Positions 51,901 through 60,173 of a stretch of DNA of 64,000 nt are shown one piece after another. The position numbers and the translations under genes were made by a program. Within the stretch, counting starts at the first letter, position 1. Every line of letters starts with the position of its first letter. The DNA is taken from the NCBI GenBank assembly GCA_027451985.1, contig DAIDHS010000014.1:1748-65747 (forward strand), given 5' to 3'. The notes under the pieces are model-generated. The model was not told the DNA's origin. It saw only the letters and a list, made by a program, of their open reading frames with translations, and did not search any database. This stretch comes from Elusimicrobiota bacterium. GTDB lineage: Bacteria > Elusimicrobiota > Elusimicrobia > UBA1565 > UBA9628.

Positions 51901-52280
51901 GCGGCGGAAATCTCGTGGGTGAGCGTCAAGGCGTTGGGGTCGATGCCCAGCATGGCGGCGTTCCTCGACATGAACTCGTAGGCCGCCACGCGCGGCCCGC
52001 CCTGAACCGCCTGCGAGCGCCCGCCGGTCAAGGCCGAGAGGCTGCCGTTGCGGGAGCTAAAGCGCGCGCGCCACTGCCACTTGCGCGCCCTGTTGTAGTT
52101 GTTGAAGGCGCTTAAAGGACCGTAGGCCGCGGGCTTGTTGGACGGAAAAAGCGTCTGCAGGCCGAAGCGTTGGATGTCGCGGCTGTCCCTGCGGCCGAGG
52201 GTGACGGCCCAAGCGGGACCAACGGCCGCCGCGCCCAAAGCCGCGGCGGCCAGCAAAGCGGCCCAGCGCCGGGGCCTCAC
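48954..52280 (-). CDS. Secreted M4/M36-type zinc metalloprotease with C-terminal FlgD-Ig/CTD-like domain
   Basis: FTP/PepSY-like prodomain, HEYTH, GAISEANAD, GEIH; tail WYGKN...VASGVY...KIVVVK. Confidence 0.88.
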   Translation of the reverse strand: MRPRRWAALLAAAALGAAAVGPAWAVTLGRRDSRDIQRFGLQTLFPSNKPAAYGPLSAFNNYNRARKWQWRARFSSRNGSLSALTGGRSQAVQGGPRVAAYEFMSRNAAMLGIDPNALTLTHEISAAGVTHFLFSQVYQGLPVEFAQVKMDVDQNGSVFNYHSSFEPSLNLSVTPGIPESQAAQVADADAGSGAQAGTGTLVVWPDRQSGGDKLAWRVGVQAPGAAWRYYVDAETGAILFRYDGYQSAEAGTVRGVVYGVDPSSTPASLQPFPYERVCAGSSADCTTTASNGTYSIATTGEVFTTLQGSYVSVSNYQGPNAHYENNGASWQVVSTPLSSAHPYAPYSITYSTLSVASLVPNAVEFLPVFSQLTVGIYNNASFNGTGSGGEASGIEQDDQLTAFDSFGNPIADYVGTYGGSFHGTAGIGQKMVLELNAAGGGSGAYGFDVATSSCLVLSNPGVSGPSDDVDWWPSSYTYSGLHSEQSLYYQLNMMHDYFAGAMSAAGASAITLKPVAAVALASDLTNAFYDPKHDDLFFGDQSDSLPSDMFADDATVVRHEYTHFVVQKIWNIQNFGQAGAISEANADYWSASSLGDPNIAAYVLQELGYGYTPLRELDDNSAQFTNCPGAASCTSCSEGPHCAVLTSGASNNWSGEIHTDSLFLSQALWDVRRHLLSQSAANGVACANELEFTALLSYPESFGEFQDALDAAAQNYSALSGCSAIGGLTAGTIQGYVDNAFSAHGLTASAGGGFASAVDVSTTPTVQGYIATAGQENYYTFGAGPGPVTVTLTLPGSADGQGYYSAYGLTLFDANHNVVEDAQPALNGVGTGYAGGVQVCSAQDCTTTQQQVTLSYNNAGSGHFYLRVAASPTGNDSNSGVSNSLPYTLSVSYSAAGALNGQIVNASYDNDVISFDAATPVIGSTPTYVFAYAQLRDQGQNVLAQTQTNAGSPYLTVLSTTDAAGSMSGQIKILPGFAARFPAVGSVYVEVFGTDSSSDTVSFGLSNALNLGANTTDMQAWNNVFDPMDGQKTTIKYQLQSSGHVSLKLYTLNGALVETLLDADEPAGQGSVDWYGKNLRGSTVASGVYLIHIDGPGISKTQKIVVVK

Positions 52281-53449
52281 TTCTTCCCCCGGCGCGGCTC
52301 AAGCCGCTTTAAGATGATCCGCGCGGCGTCCACGCGCAGCAGCTTGGAGTCGTCCTTCTCCATCTCGGATTTAAGCAAGTCCAAGGACTCGGCGCCGGGC
52401 GTGAGCGCCAGGAGGTCCAGGCCCAGCTTGCGGATGTCCTCGTCGGAGTTGGAGAGAGCGGGCTTGACCGTGGACAAATCGACCGCGTCGCCGCGGCGCA
52501 AGAGGCCCTGGGCCGCGATGAGCTCGGTCGACAAATCGGGCGCGTTGGCAAAGGCCTGCGCGACGGCCGCGGAGCTGGCCTGGTCGCTGAAATCCGCCAA
52601 AGTCTGCAGGGCCTGGGAGCGCACGTCCGCGTCCGAGTCCGCCAAGCCATTGGTCAAGAGCGGCACGGCGTCCGCCGCGGAGAAATGCGCGGCGGCGGAC
52701 ATGACCTCGGAGCGCACCGAGGCGTCCGAGTCGTCCGCGGCGGCCGCGACCGCGGCCACGGCCTTGGGCGTGGCGATGTGGCCCAGCGCCTGCACGGCCG
52801 CGACGCGCACGCCGGGGTTGGAGCTTTTGACCGCGGTCAAAAAGCGCGCGGTAAATTCGTCCAAGCCCAGGCCCGCCAGCGCCTCGGCGGTGGCGTCGCG
52901 GACCGGGCCGTAGGGGTCGTCCAAGGTCGTCTCAAAAACCTTGACCGCCTTTTCGCCAAGCGCCGTGTCCCCTTTGCCGATGACGCGCAGCTCTCTGATG
53001 GCGTCGATGCGCAGGCGCTCCTTGACCATGAGCTTCAACTCGTCGATGGGGCTGGGGTTGTCGGGCGCCTTGGGCTCGGTCTTGGCAATATCGAGAATGA
53101 TCGCAAAGGCGGCCTTGTCGCCCAAAGCGTAGAGGCTTTTGGCCGCGGCCAGGCGCACGGAGCCGTCCTTGTCCTTGAGCATTTTGACCAGCAGCGGCTT
53201 GGCCGCGGGGTTGCCCAGCTCCCCCCACGCCGCCGCGGCGGAGGAACGCACTTCCGGATCGGAGTTTTTCCCCGCCTGGACCAGCACCGCCAGCGCCGCG
53301 CGCCCCAGCAGCGCCTCGGGGCTCGGCGGCGGCTGGGCCCGCTCGCGCCGGCGCGCGAACGCGCGGGGATGATGCGCGCGCGGGGCCGCCAGGGCAGGAG
53401 ACGCGCACGCCAGCGCCAAGGCGCAGGCCATCAATGGAGGAAGCCGCAT
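52277..53449 (-). CDS. Secreted HEAT-repeat protein
   Basis: Repeated D..VR..AA.AL units; signal peptide; GTGA coupling to the protease. Confidence 0.85.
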   Translation of the reverse strand: MRLPPLMACALALACASPALAAPRAHHPRAFARRRERAQPPPSPEALLGRAALAVLVQAGKNSDPEVRSSAAAAWGELGNPAAKPLLVKMLKDKDGSVRLAAAKSLYALGDKAAFAIILDIAKTEPKAPDNPSPIDELKLMVKERLRIDAIRELRVIGKGDTALGEKAVKVFETTLDDPYGPVRDATAEALAGLGLDEFTARFLTAVKSSNPGVRVAAVQALGHIATPKAVAAVAAAADDSDASVRSEVMSAAAHFSAADAVPLLTNGLADSDADVRSQALQTLADFSDQASSAAVAQAFANAPDLSTELIAAQGLLRRGDAVDLSTVKPALSNSDEDIRKLGLDLLALTPGAESLDLLKSEMEKDDSKLLRVDAARIILKRLEPRRGKK

Positions 53450-53530
53450 CAGAATCCTATGGTATTTCCGCGGGTTTACGGAAATATTTCGCCCAAATAA
53501 CGTTTCAGTTAAACCGTATAAGGAAAGCCG

Positions 53531-53602
53531 TGGGCCCGCCAGGAATCGAACCCGGATCCTGTGGTTCGAAGCCACATACTCTATCCATTGAGCTACGGGC
53601 CC
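53531..53602 (-). tRNA. tRNA-Arg(TCG)
   Basis: GGGCCCG/CGGGCCC acceptor stem, TGTGG-CT-TCG-AA-CCACA anticodon arm, GTTCGAT; CCA not encoded. Confidence 0.93.
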
Positions 53603-53649
53603 AAGGTGTGTATTTTACCATGGCGCTAAAGCAATTCCTATAGACGCGC

Positions 53650-53846
53650 CAGGTGCGCAGGTGCGGGCGCGAGAGGTGGGCATATCGAAGGGTCATCGCA
53701 GGCGTGGAGTGCCCTAAAATCTCCTGCACGGCGCGCAAATCGGCGGTCTTCATCACGAAATGAGAGGCAAAGGTATGCCGGAGGTCGTGAAAGCAGAAAT
53801 GGGGCACGCCAGAGGCCTTCCTGGCCTTATTAAACAGCCGTTCAAA
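53650..53846 (-). pseudogene. C-terminal remnant of a tyrosine recombinase
   Basis: FHDLRHTFAS, ILGHS, TLRYAH present; the N-terminal bulk is missing. Confidence 0.85.
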
Positions 53847-54554
53847 TTAAAGAAATTGAGCGACGAGTTTTTGGAATGCCTTGTCTAAAGGCATCAATCT
53901 CTCTTTAATCTTTTTGCTGGTATAGCCAGTCTTGCGGTAGGCTGGGATGAAGCTTTCCTTAAAATCCCCATCGTCAGTAGCAAGGTCAATCAGAAATCCA
54001 TTTTGGCTAATGGGGGCAATGCCAAAAAGGAGTGCTTTCTCCGACTGCAAGCGCAAAAATTTATTGTCGCGCAAATCTGCATGATTTTTATGCAACCAAG
54101 TGTCTTTCCAATCACAAAAAACTTCTACCTGTCTTTCACCCTTACTTCCCTTAATGACAATGTCTGGCTGGGTCGATATTTTTCTAGGAGTCAAGAATTC
54201 TCTGAATCGGTCATGTCCATGCAATATGGCTACTCCACCTTTATTTTCTATGGCCCATATCACCGCATCTTCAATGAGCCAACCAAGAACCAGGTCGACT
54301 GCATACTCGTGAGGCTTTCGCGAATCCTTAAGCCATCCAAGGTTACACTTTTGTTCGAAATACTCAAAAACGGCATCGGACAAGCTTTTCCCAAGAACTT
54401 CCTGAAAAGCAATTTTTTTGGAAATTTCGGTTTCCGGGAAACGATCGTTTTTATATTTATTCAAGACCTGTTTAAAGTCCAAACCCAGTGCGCTTATTGA
54501 AATCAGGCATGAATCCACTTTCCCTTGGTAAGTTTCACTTAACGAATGGCTCAT
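53847..54554 (-). CDS. Putative type II restriction endonuclease
   Basis: Directly downstream of the C gene and divergent from the C5 MTase; E...QPD...EV PD-(D/E)xK-like pattern. Confidence 0.65.
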   Translation of the reverse strand: MSHSLSETYQGKVDSCLISISALGLDFKQVLNKYKNDRFPETEISKKIAFQEVLGKSLSDAVFEYFEQKCNLGWLKDSRKPHEYAVDLVLGWLIEDAVIWAIENKGGVAILHGHDRFREFLTPRKISTQPDIVIKGSKGERQVEVFCDWKDTWLHKNHADLRDNKFLRLQSEKALLFGIAPISQNGFLIDLATDDGDFKESFIPAYRKTGYTSKKIKERLMPLDKAFQKLVAQFL

Positions 54555-54577
54555 GAATGCCTCGCAGTTTAAGAGTC

Positions 54578-54784
54578 TTAGAAAAATGTTCGAACCGTAG
54601 TTTTCAGCGCCTTTGCCAACCGAAGCATGGTTTTAAGCGAAATGTTGCGCCGACCACGCTCCACCAAGCTTATGTAGGTCCGATGAAGGCCGGCTAATTC
54701 GGCAAGACGCTCCTGAGAAACGCCCCGCCCCCTACGAAGGGCACGAAGTTTTTTCCCGAACCGAGCAAGATCCGTGTTTGACAT
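54578..54784 (-). CDS. R-M controller (C) protein, XRE HTH
   Basis: SQERLAELAGLHRTYISLVERGRRNISL; C-box upstream. Confidence 0.88.
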   Translation of the reverse strand: MSNTDLARFGKKLRALRRGRGVSQERLAELAGLHRTYISLVERGRRNISLKTMLRLAKALKTTVRTFF

Positions 54785-54808
54785 TATTGTTGATGGAACC
54801 AAATGGCA

Positions 54809-54834
54809 GACTAACAGTCTACAGACTATGAGCA
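54809..54834 (-). promoter_or_regulatory. C-box operator
   Basis: TGCTcatAGTC-TGTA-GACTgttAGTC on the minus strand, matching the GACT-N3-AGTC x2 / TGTA spacer pattern; 24 nt before the C start. Confidence 0.85.
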
Positions 54835-54884
54835 ACGTTACGGTGGTGAAAAAGCATCGTTCAAGTTGCTATACTAGGCTAAAC

Positions 54885-56018
54885 ATGAAGCCCCTCAGGT
54901 GCGTCGATCTATTCTCAGGCGCGGGTGGTTTTTCTGCCGGCCTGCAGAAAGAAGGATTTAGCACGCTTTTCGCCGTTGAGATCGATTTAGACGCGTGCGC
55001 TACCTTCAAAGCCAATCACCCCAATGCAGATTTATTCAGAGACAACATTGCCAAACTGACTACGACGAATCTGCTGAAGCGACTTAAAGTTAAACCCGGA
55101 GATCTAGAACTTTTGGTTGGTGGTCCCCCATGTCAAGGTTTTAGCACGGTGGGCAACAAAAACATGGACGATCCACGCAACCAGTTATTCCGCCATTACT
55201 TCAGAATTGTCGAAAAGCTTCGGCCGCAATTCGTCATTTTTGAAAACGTGACGGGGTTTAAACGCCTCTATGATGGCCGGGCTTTCGAATCGGTGTGCTC
55301 GGAGTTCCAAAGGCTCGATTATGCCGTAGAAGCAAGGATCCTCAACGCCGCCCACTACGGAGTTCCCCAACTAAGAGAACGGACCATCGTCGTTGGCCAT
55401 GAAAAGGGCACCCGATTTTCCTGGCCTTCACACACCCACTCCGTGGAAGAAGACGAACTGTTGTTGGCGACGGGACACCTAAAAAAAGCCGTCACGCTTG
55501 GTGAAGCTCTTGGAGATTTACCTCAGATTGCCGCCGGGGAAACGTCTCAGCATTACGCCTGCGCCCCTCAAAACGATTATCAGCGAGCACGTCGCAAAAA
55601 GTTGTCAAAACTAACCGAGCACGAAGCCCCAAAACACGGCCCCAAGCTTCTCGAAGTCATCAAGCACGTTCCCGTTGGAGGGTGCGTCCTTGACGTCCCG
55701 AAACATTTAAGGCCCCGCGGATATTTCAACAACACCTACGCACGCCTCTGGTGGGACAAGCCCTCCACGACAATCACTCGCAATTTTGGCACGCCATCGT
55801 CTAGCCGATGCATTCACCCCCTGCTAGATCGTGGATTAACGACGCGGGAAGGTGCGCGCCTACAAAGCTTTGACGACGATTTCCAATTTACCGGCTCGAA
55901 CTCGTCCAAGAATCTTCAAATTGGGAATGCCGTTCCTCCTCTGTTGGCCGCAGCTCTCGGAAGAGCCGTAAAAGAATCACTGTCTTTGCCTAGCGCCCTC
56001 GCCGCAATTCCGAGGTAA
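54885..56018 (+). CDS. dcm: DNA (cytosine-5) methyltransferase
   Basis: DLFSGAGG, GGPPCQGFS, ENV, YGVPQLRER, QIGNAVP. Confidence 0.95.
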   Translation: MKPLRCVDLFSGAGGFSAGLQKEGFSTLFAVEIDLDACATFKANHPNADLFRDNIAKLTTTNLLKRLKVKPGDLELLVGGPPCQGFSTVGNKNMDDPRNQLFRHYFRIVEKLRPQFVIFENVTGFKRLYDGRAFESVCSEFQRLDYAVEARILNAAHYGVPQLRERTIVVGHEKGTRFSWPSHTHSVEEDELLLATGHLKKAVTLGEALGDLPQIAAGETSQHYACAPQNDYQRARRKKLSKLTEHEAPKHGPKLLEVIKHVPVGGCVLDVPKHLRPRGYFNNTYARLWWDKPSTTITRNFGTPSSSRCIHPLLDRGLTTREGARLQSFDDDFQFTGSNSSKNLQIGNAVPPLLAAALGRAVKESLSLPSALAAIPR

Positions 56019-56029
56019 GCGCCTCCACC

Positions 56030-56467
56030 ATGCTTAGGCGCCGCCACGGCTCTGAGCACTGGTACAGCACGAAACGGACGACGTCCCGAATGCGCAAAGT
56101 ACGCAGCCATGGCACCGGCTTGGAATCCGCAATGAGGTTCATCTTGCGCAAGCTGGACTTAAGATTTTCCGAACAACCCAAACTTTTTGGAAAACCCGAT
56201 TTCAGAATAAAGGGGACGCCTTTCCTGGTATTTTGCGACAGCTCTTTTTGGCATGGGCGCGGAATTCCCACAACGAGCAAACATCGCTTCGGAAAGAACA
56301 AAGACCTTTGGCTAAAGAAACTTCACCGCAACGCCATGCGGGATCGCGCAGTAAACAAAACTCTAAGAAAAAATGGCTGGAAAGTACTTCGATTCTGGGA
56401 CACCGACATTTTAAGGTCTCCACAAGAAGTCGCGAACACGCTCGTTGGCCGTCTATCGAATAGATAG
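56030..56467 (+). CDS. vsr: Very-short-patch repair endonuclease
   Basis: GKPDF, DSSFWHG, RD, GWKVLRFW. Confidence 0.9.
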   Translation: MLRRRHGSEHWYSTKRTTSRMRKVRSHGTGLESAMRFILRKLDLRFSEQPKLFGKPDFRIKGTPFLVFCDSSFWHGRGIPTTSKHRFGKNKDLWLKKLHRNAMRDRAVNKTLRKNGWKVLRFWDTDILRSPQEVANTLVGRLSNR

Positions 56468-56512
56468 GACCTCCCCTAGGGAACTTTTTCGCAAACCACT
56501 CGTAGTATAGCC

Positions 56513-56800
56513 ATGATCTTCCAAATGCATTCGACTTGCAACCACTGTGGCGGACAATCCGCACTCGAAACGGATGATTCGAATTTTGAGCTTTTCGAAA
56601 ACTGTCTCGAATGTGGATGGTATTTCCATCGAGAACTTCTTGGAGACTCTCCCAAGGTACGGAAAGGCTTCGCTTCATTGTCCGAAGTTAACTCTTTGAG
56701 AGAAACGGAAGGCCTCGGTCCATTGTCTAGTTTGCGAAATCCCATCAACACGAAAAAGCCCGTTATCGAGTACCAGGAGGCGCCACCAGAAAGTTCGTGA
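56513..56800 (+). CDS. Small Zn-ribbon hypothetical protein
   Basis: CNHC...CLECG. Confidence 0.5.
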   Translation: MIFQMHSTCNHCGGQSALETDDSNFELFENCLECGWYFHRELLGDSPKVRKGFASLSEVNSLRETEGLGPLSSLRNPINTKKPVIEYQEAPPESS

Positions 56801-56860
56801 CGTTGACGTCCCCCCAAAAAACTTAGGCATTACAAATTAGCTCCCAACTAAACATCCCCC

Positions 56861-57823
56861 CTACCTCCCAATCATCCCAATCGTTTGAAGCCACGTCCGC
56901 GCCAGGCGGGGCCAGCGCGTGATGGGCCGCGCCGTGCGCCGCAGGCCGAAGGCGTGCCCGCCGCGGGCGTAGAGATGCATCTCCACCGGCACGCCCGCGT
57001 CCTTGAGCGCGACGTAGTACGCCAGCGCCTGGCTGACGCCGTCGACGCGGTCGTCCTCCGCCTGCACGATGAACGTGGGCGGCGTGCGGCGCGTGACGCG
57101 CAGCGCGGGGTTGAGCGTCAGCGCGCCTTGGCCCCCGCGCGGCCGCCACAGGTGGCCGGGGTAGACGAGCATGGAAAAATCCGGCCGGCAGCTCTCTTGG
57201 TCCGCGGCGTCTTGGGCCGGGTAGGCGCGCGGGCTAAAATCCGCCGCGGTCTTGGCGGCCAGGTATCCGCCCGCGGAAAAGCCGATGACGCCGATTTTAT
57301 CCGGCGCAACGCCCCAGCGTGCGGCCCGAAAGCGCAGCAGGCTAATCGCGCGCTGCGCGTCCTCGAAGGCCGTGGGGGCCTTGGGCTCGCGGCGGCGGCG
57401 CAGGGCCTCATCCCAATAGTCCTCCGACCTCGGCACGCGGTATTTGAGCAGCGCGCACGTGACCCCCAGGGGCGTCAGCCAGCGGCAGACTTCCGTGCCT
57501 TCCAGATCCATCGCCAGCCCCATGAAGCCCCCGCCGGGAAAGACGACCACGGCCGCCCCCGTGTTCCTGCTTTGCGCGGGAAAGACCGTGAGCGTGGGCG
57601 AGGAGACGTCGGTCACCCAGGTCCAGGGCTTGCCCGCGACGAACTCGGCGCTGCTGACCGAGACCGAGGACTCGGGCCCCGGCGCGGGGACGGCGTCCGG
57701 AGCGGCCCCGGGCCAGAGCGGAATTTGCACTAGGCCCGCGGGCGGCTGCCAGGCCTTGGCCCAGGAAGGCGCCGGCGCGGCCAAGCCCAGCCCGGCGGCC
57801 AGCGCGCATAAAATCGCTTTCAT
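56861..57823 (-). CDS. Secreted alpha/beta hydrolase (xylan-esterase-like)
   Basis: PGGGF, GFSAGG, RPDF, DD, GGHAFG. Confidence 0.88.
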   Translation of the reverse strand: MKAILCALAAGLGLAAPAPSWAKAWQPPAGLVQIPLWPGAAPDAVPAPGPESSVSVSSAEFVAGKPWTWVTDVSSPTLTVFPAQSRNTGAAVVVFPGGGFMGLAMDLEGTEVCRWLTPLGVTCALLKYRVPRSEDYWDEALRRRREPKAPTAFEDAQRAISLLRFRAARWGVAPDKIGVIGFSAGGYLAAKTAADFSPRAYPAQDAADQESCRPDFSMLVYPGHLWRPRGGQGALTLNPALRVTRRTPPTFIVQAEDDRVDGVSQALAYYVALKDAGVPVEMHLYARGGHAFGLRRTARPITRWPRLARTWLQTIGMIGR

Positions 57824-57913
57824 GTTTTATCCCCTTTTCGCCGCCGGACCGGCCAACGACTAGCCGCCTGCCGGCCGGGGCTATTCTACATATAAAGGAA
57901 GGCGGCCTCGCCG

Positions 57914-58135
57914 GGGGCCAAGTTGGCCCCTGGCCATGGCCGGGGGCCGGCCGGCTGGCCCCCGTATACCCCCCGTATACCTAGGGGAGTAGTGGGGTAT
58001 ACCCCAGGATCCCCGGATCGATCCCCCTAGGATCTGCCAGACAGACCCGATTTGGCTATTATAGCCGGGCTCTAGCGCTATCGATAGCGCTAGATAGCGC
58101 TAGGCCCTATGCCCGCGCGGGCCTGGCACCATGGT
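57914..58135. repeat. Cluster of adjacent palindromes and short direct repeats
   Basis: For example TGGGGTATACCCCA at 57993-58006 and TCTAGCGCTATCGATAGCGCTAGA at 58071-58094. Confidence 0.85.
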
Positions 58136-58195
58136 CTCATGCGGCCCCCCCCGCCAAGTGTTCTTGAATAGCCCATCTTAACGTAGGAGGAACGC

Positions 58196-58795
58196 ATGAA
58201 AAAGTATCTTTTGAGCTTTGCGGCGCTGATGCTCTGCGCCACGGCCTACGCCGCCCTGCCGGCGTTTTCGCCCGCAATCAATATCGGCGCGATTCGGGCC
58301 GCCGCCCCCAAGCTCGCGGCGCCCGCCCCCCATCCCGTGGCCGCGCGAGCGCAGCCCGTTTCGACCTATCGCGGCTGGGACTATTCCTCGCCGGCCGTGA
58401 CGCTCGATGAGTGGAACGTGGGCGAGAGGCAGTATCTGCCCTATTGCCGCGGCTACGTGCGCTTGGAGCTCAAGAACGGCCGCGCCTACGTCATTTTCAA
58501 CCACGTCGAGCGCTGCTCGGAGTACGAAGTGCGCTCCAACGACGGCTACCGCGCCATCGACCGCGAGAAGTTCCTAAACGGCACCTGGACCTACGGCGGC
58601 AGCTACACCATCCCCAACGGCCTCACGCTGCTGGGCGAGAACAGCATCAGCCTGGTCCTGCACGCCGCGGGCGATATGCCCGCCCGCGGTGCTGCGGCAA
58701 GGACGCGTTTTGAAAAAACGTTTTCCGCTTCCGCAAGCGCCGCGGGCCGGCGCGCTCCCTACGACGTCGTCCGCGTGAACTTCTGGGCTTGGTAG
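58196..58795 (+). CDS. Secreted hypothetical protein
   Basis: AGGAGG RBS, MKK signal peptide. Confidence 0.75.
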   Translation: MKKYLLSFAALMLCATAYAALPAFSPAINIGAIRAAAPKLAAPAPHPVAARAQPVSTYRGWDYSSPAVTLDEWNVGERQYLPYCRGYVRLELKNGRAYVIFNHVERCSEYEVRSNDGYRAIDREKFLNGTWTYGGSYTIPNGLTLLGENSISLVLHAAGDMPARGAAARTRFEKTFSASASAAGRRAPYDVVRVNFWAW

Positions 58796-58888
58796 GGGCG
58801 GGGCTAGACCGGGAAAGCGCGCCGCCGGATGACGTCTGCCGAAGGACGCGCCATTGCGCCCTGTGGCTTCTCCTGCTAAACTAAAGAT

Positions 58889-59089
58889 ATGAAACTTAAG
58901 GTCGTCTTCGAGAAAGACGAAACCGGCTACTACGTCGCTGAAGTTCCCGCATTGCCGGGGTGCCTCAGCCAAGGAAAGACTCTAGCCGAAGCCAAGGCGA
59001 ACATCCGCGAAGCCATCGTCGGCTGGGTGGCCGTCATGAACGCAAAAGCCGGGAAGCGCCACGGCCAGAGTACGTTAATCGCCGTCTGA
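58889..59089 (+). CDS. hicB: Short HicB-family antitoxin
   Basis: YVAEVPALPGCLSQGKTLAEAKANIREAI. Confidence 0.9.
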   Translation: MKLKVVFEKDETGYYVAEVPALPGCLSQGKTLAEAKANIREAIVGWVAVMNAKAGKRHGQSTLIAV

Positions 59090-59101
59090 CCGAGTTCAGA
59101 C

Positions 59102-59323
59102 ATGGGGCACGGGCTTCGGCTGTGTTCCGGAGCCGAGGCCGTCAAGAAGTTTAAGCGAGCCGGATGGAGCGTTGATCGCCAAGTCGGCTCCCACGCCATG
59201 ATGACCAAGCCCGATTATCTTTACACCCTCTCCATTCCTCAACATAAAGAGCTAGGTTTAGGGCTTCTTAAGAAACTCCTGCGTCAGGCCGGGTTGAGCG
59301 CTGAAGAGTTCAACGATCTTTAA
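59102..59323 (+). CDS. hicA: HicA-family mRNA interferase
   Basis: GW...RQVGSH, IPQHKEL, LRQAGLS. Confidence 0.88.
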   Translation: MGHGLRLCSGAEAVKKFKRAGWSVDRQVGSHAMMTKPDYLYTLSIPQHKELGLGLLKKLLRQAGLSAEEFNDL

Positions 59324-59336
59324 AAATTCAGCGGCC

Positions 59337-59996
59337 ATGACAGGGGCTCCCTCGCTGGCCCAAGCCCGCCGCCTTTTAGTCCTCTCGCGGCGCGTCGGCT
59401 GGAAGTTCCCCACCTCGTCCGGGACCCCGGTCCCGCTGGGCGCCAGCGCCGGCCGGCTCGTGCAAAACCGCGCGGCGCTTTTAAAGGCCGCGCGGCAGTT
59501 CGCGCAAAGCGGCCAACCGGGCGAGGCCGCGGAATTGGCCGCGCGCCTCTGGCGGATCTGGATGCTGCCGCCGCGGGACTTAAAAGCGGGCCAAGCCTTT
59601 CTCAAAGCGGCCCTGGCCAAGGGCGGCGGCGCTCCCCGCTGGCGCGGCTTGAAGCCCGCGTTCGGGCAGGCGCCGCTGCACATGGGCGCGCAGGCCAACC
59701 GTCTGGCGGGAAACTACGGCCGGGCGGCCGCGCTTTTTCGCAAGAGCCTGGCGCTCAACCTCAAAGTGGGCGACAAACGGATGGCCCACATCGAGATGCA
59801 CAACCTGGGCCACGTGGAGTGCCGCAGGGGCCAAGCCGCCCTCGCCTTCGCGCGCGGCAACCGCAGCGATGCCGCCAAACTCTGCGGCCGCGCCCGCGCG
59901 ATTCTCAAAAAGTCCCGCGTCACGCTGGCGACGGACGACGCCTCCGAGCTCGCCTGGCTGCGCCGGCGCCTCAGGCGTTATACTGCGCGTCGCTGA
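59337..59996 (+). CDS. TPR-like protein, possibly degenerate
   Basis: [16 protein letters not shown]...HNLGHVE. Confidence 0.5.
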   Translation: MTGAPSLAQARRLLVLSRRVGWKFPTSSGTPVPLGASAGRLVQNRAALLKAARQFAQSGQPGEAAELAARLWRIWMLPPRDLKAGQAFLKAALAKGGGAPRWRGLKPAFGQAPLHMGAQANRLAGNYGRAAALFRKSLALNLKVGDKRMAHIEMHNLGHVECRRGQAALAFARGNRSDAAKLCGRARAILKKSRVTLATDDASELAWLRRRLRRYTARR

Positions 59997-60038
59997 CTTT
60001 TTCCATCCACTCCACGGCCTGGCCGTCCTTGACGCCCT
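59966..60038. repeat. 73-bp direct repeat, copy 1
   Basis: Identical to 62995-63067. Confidence 0.92.
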
Positions 60039-60078
60039 GAATCGCGATGTGGGTCATGGGCGAGTCGGGCGCGGCGCC
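59971..60078 (-). pseudogene. 3-prime remnant of a cupin gene
   Basis: Reads [35 protein letters not shown] with no N-terminus. Confidence 0.7.
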
Positions 60079-60173
60079 GGACGGAGTTGCCGCTTGACCT
60101 GAAATTATTGCTTTCAAGATGCGGCAGAGGGTAAAATGGAGAGGTCTTCGTCGTCAATCGAGCGAAAACAATC

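Larger units (their letters stand above)
53650..56830. mobile_element. AT-rich restriction-modification island next to tRNA-Arg
   Basis: Abrupt drop in GC, integrase remnant, R-C-M-Vsr gene set; no att duplication found. Confidence 0.65.

Noticed and set aside
53505-53807. 100-aa ORF as an intact integrase
   Set aside because: Lacks the N-terminal domains and runs through the tRNA
57914-58135. CRISPR array
   Set aside because: No constant repeat with unique spacers; no cas genes anywhere in the window
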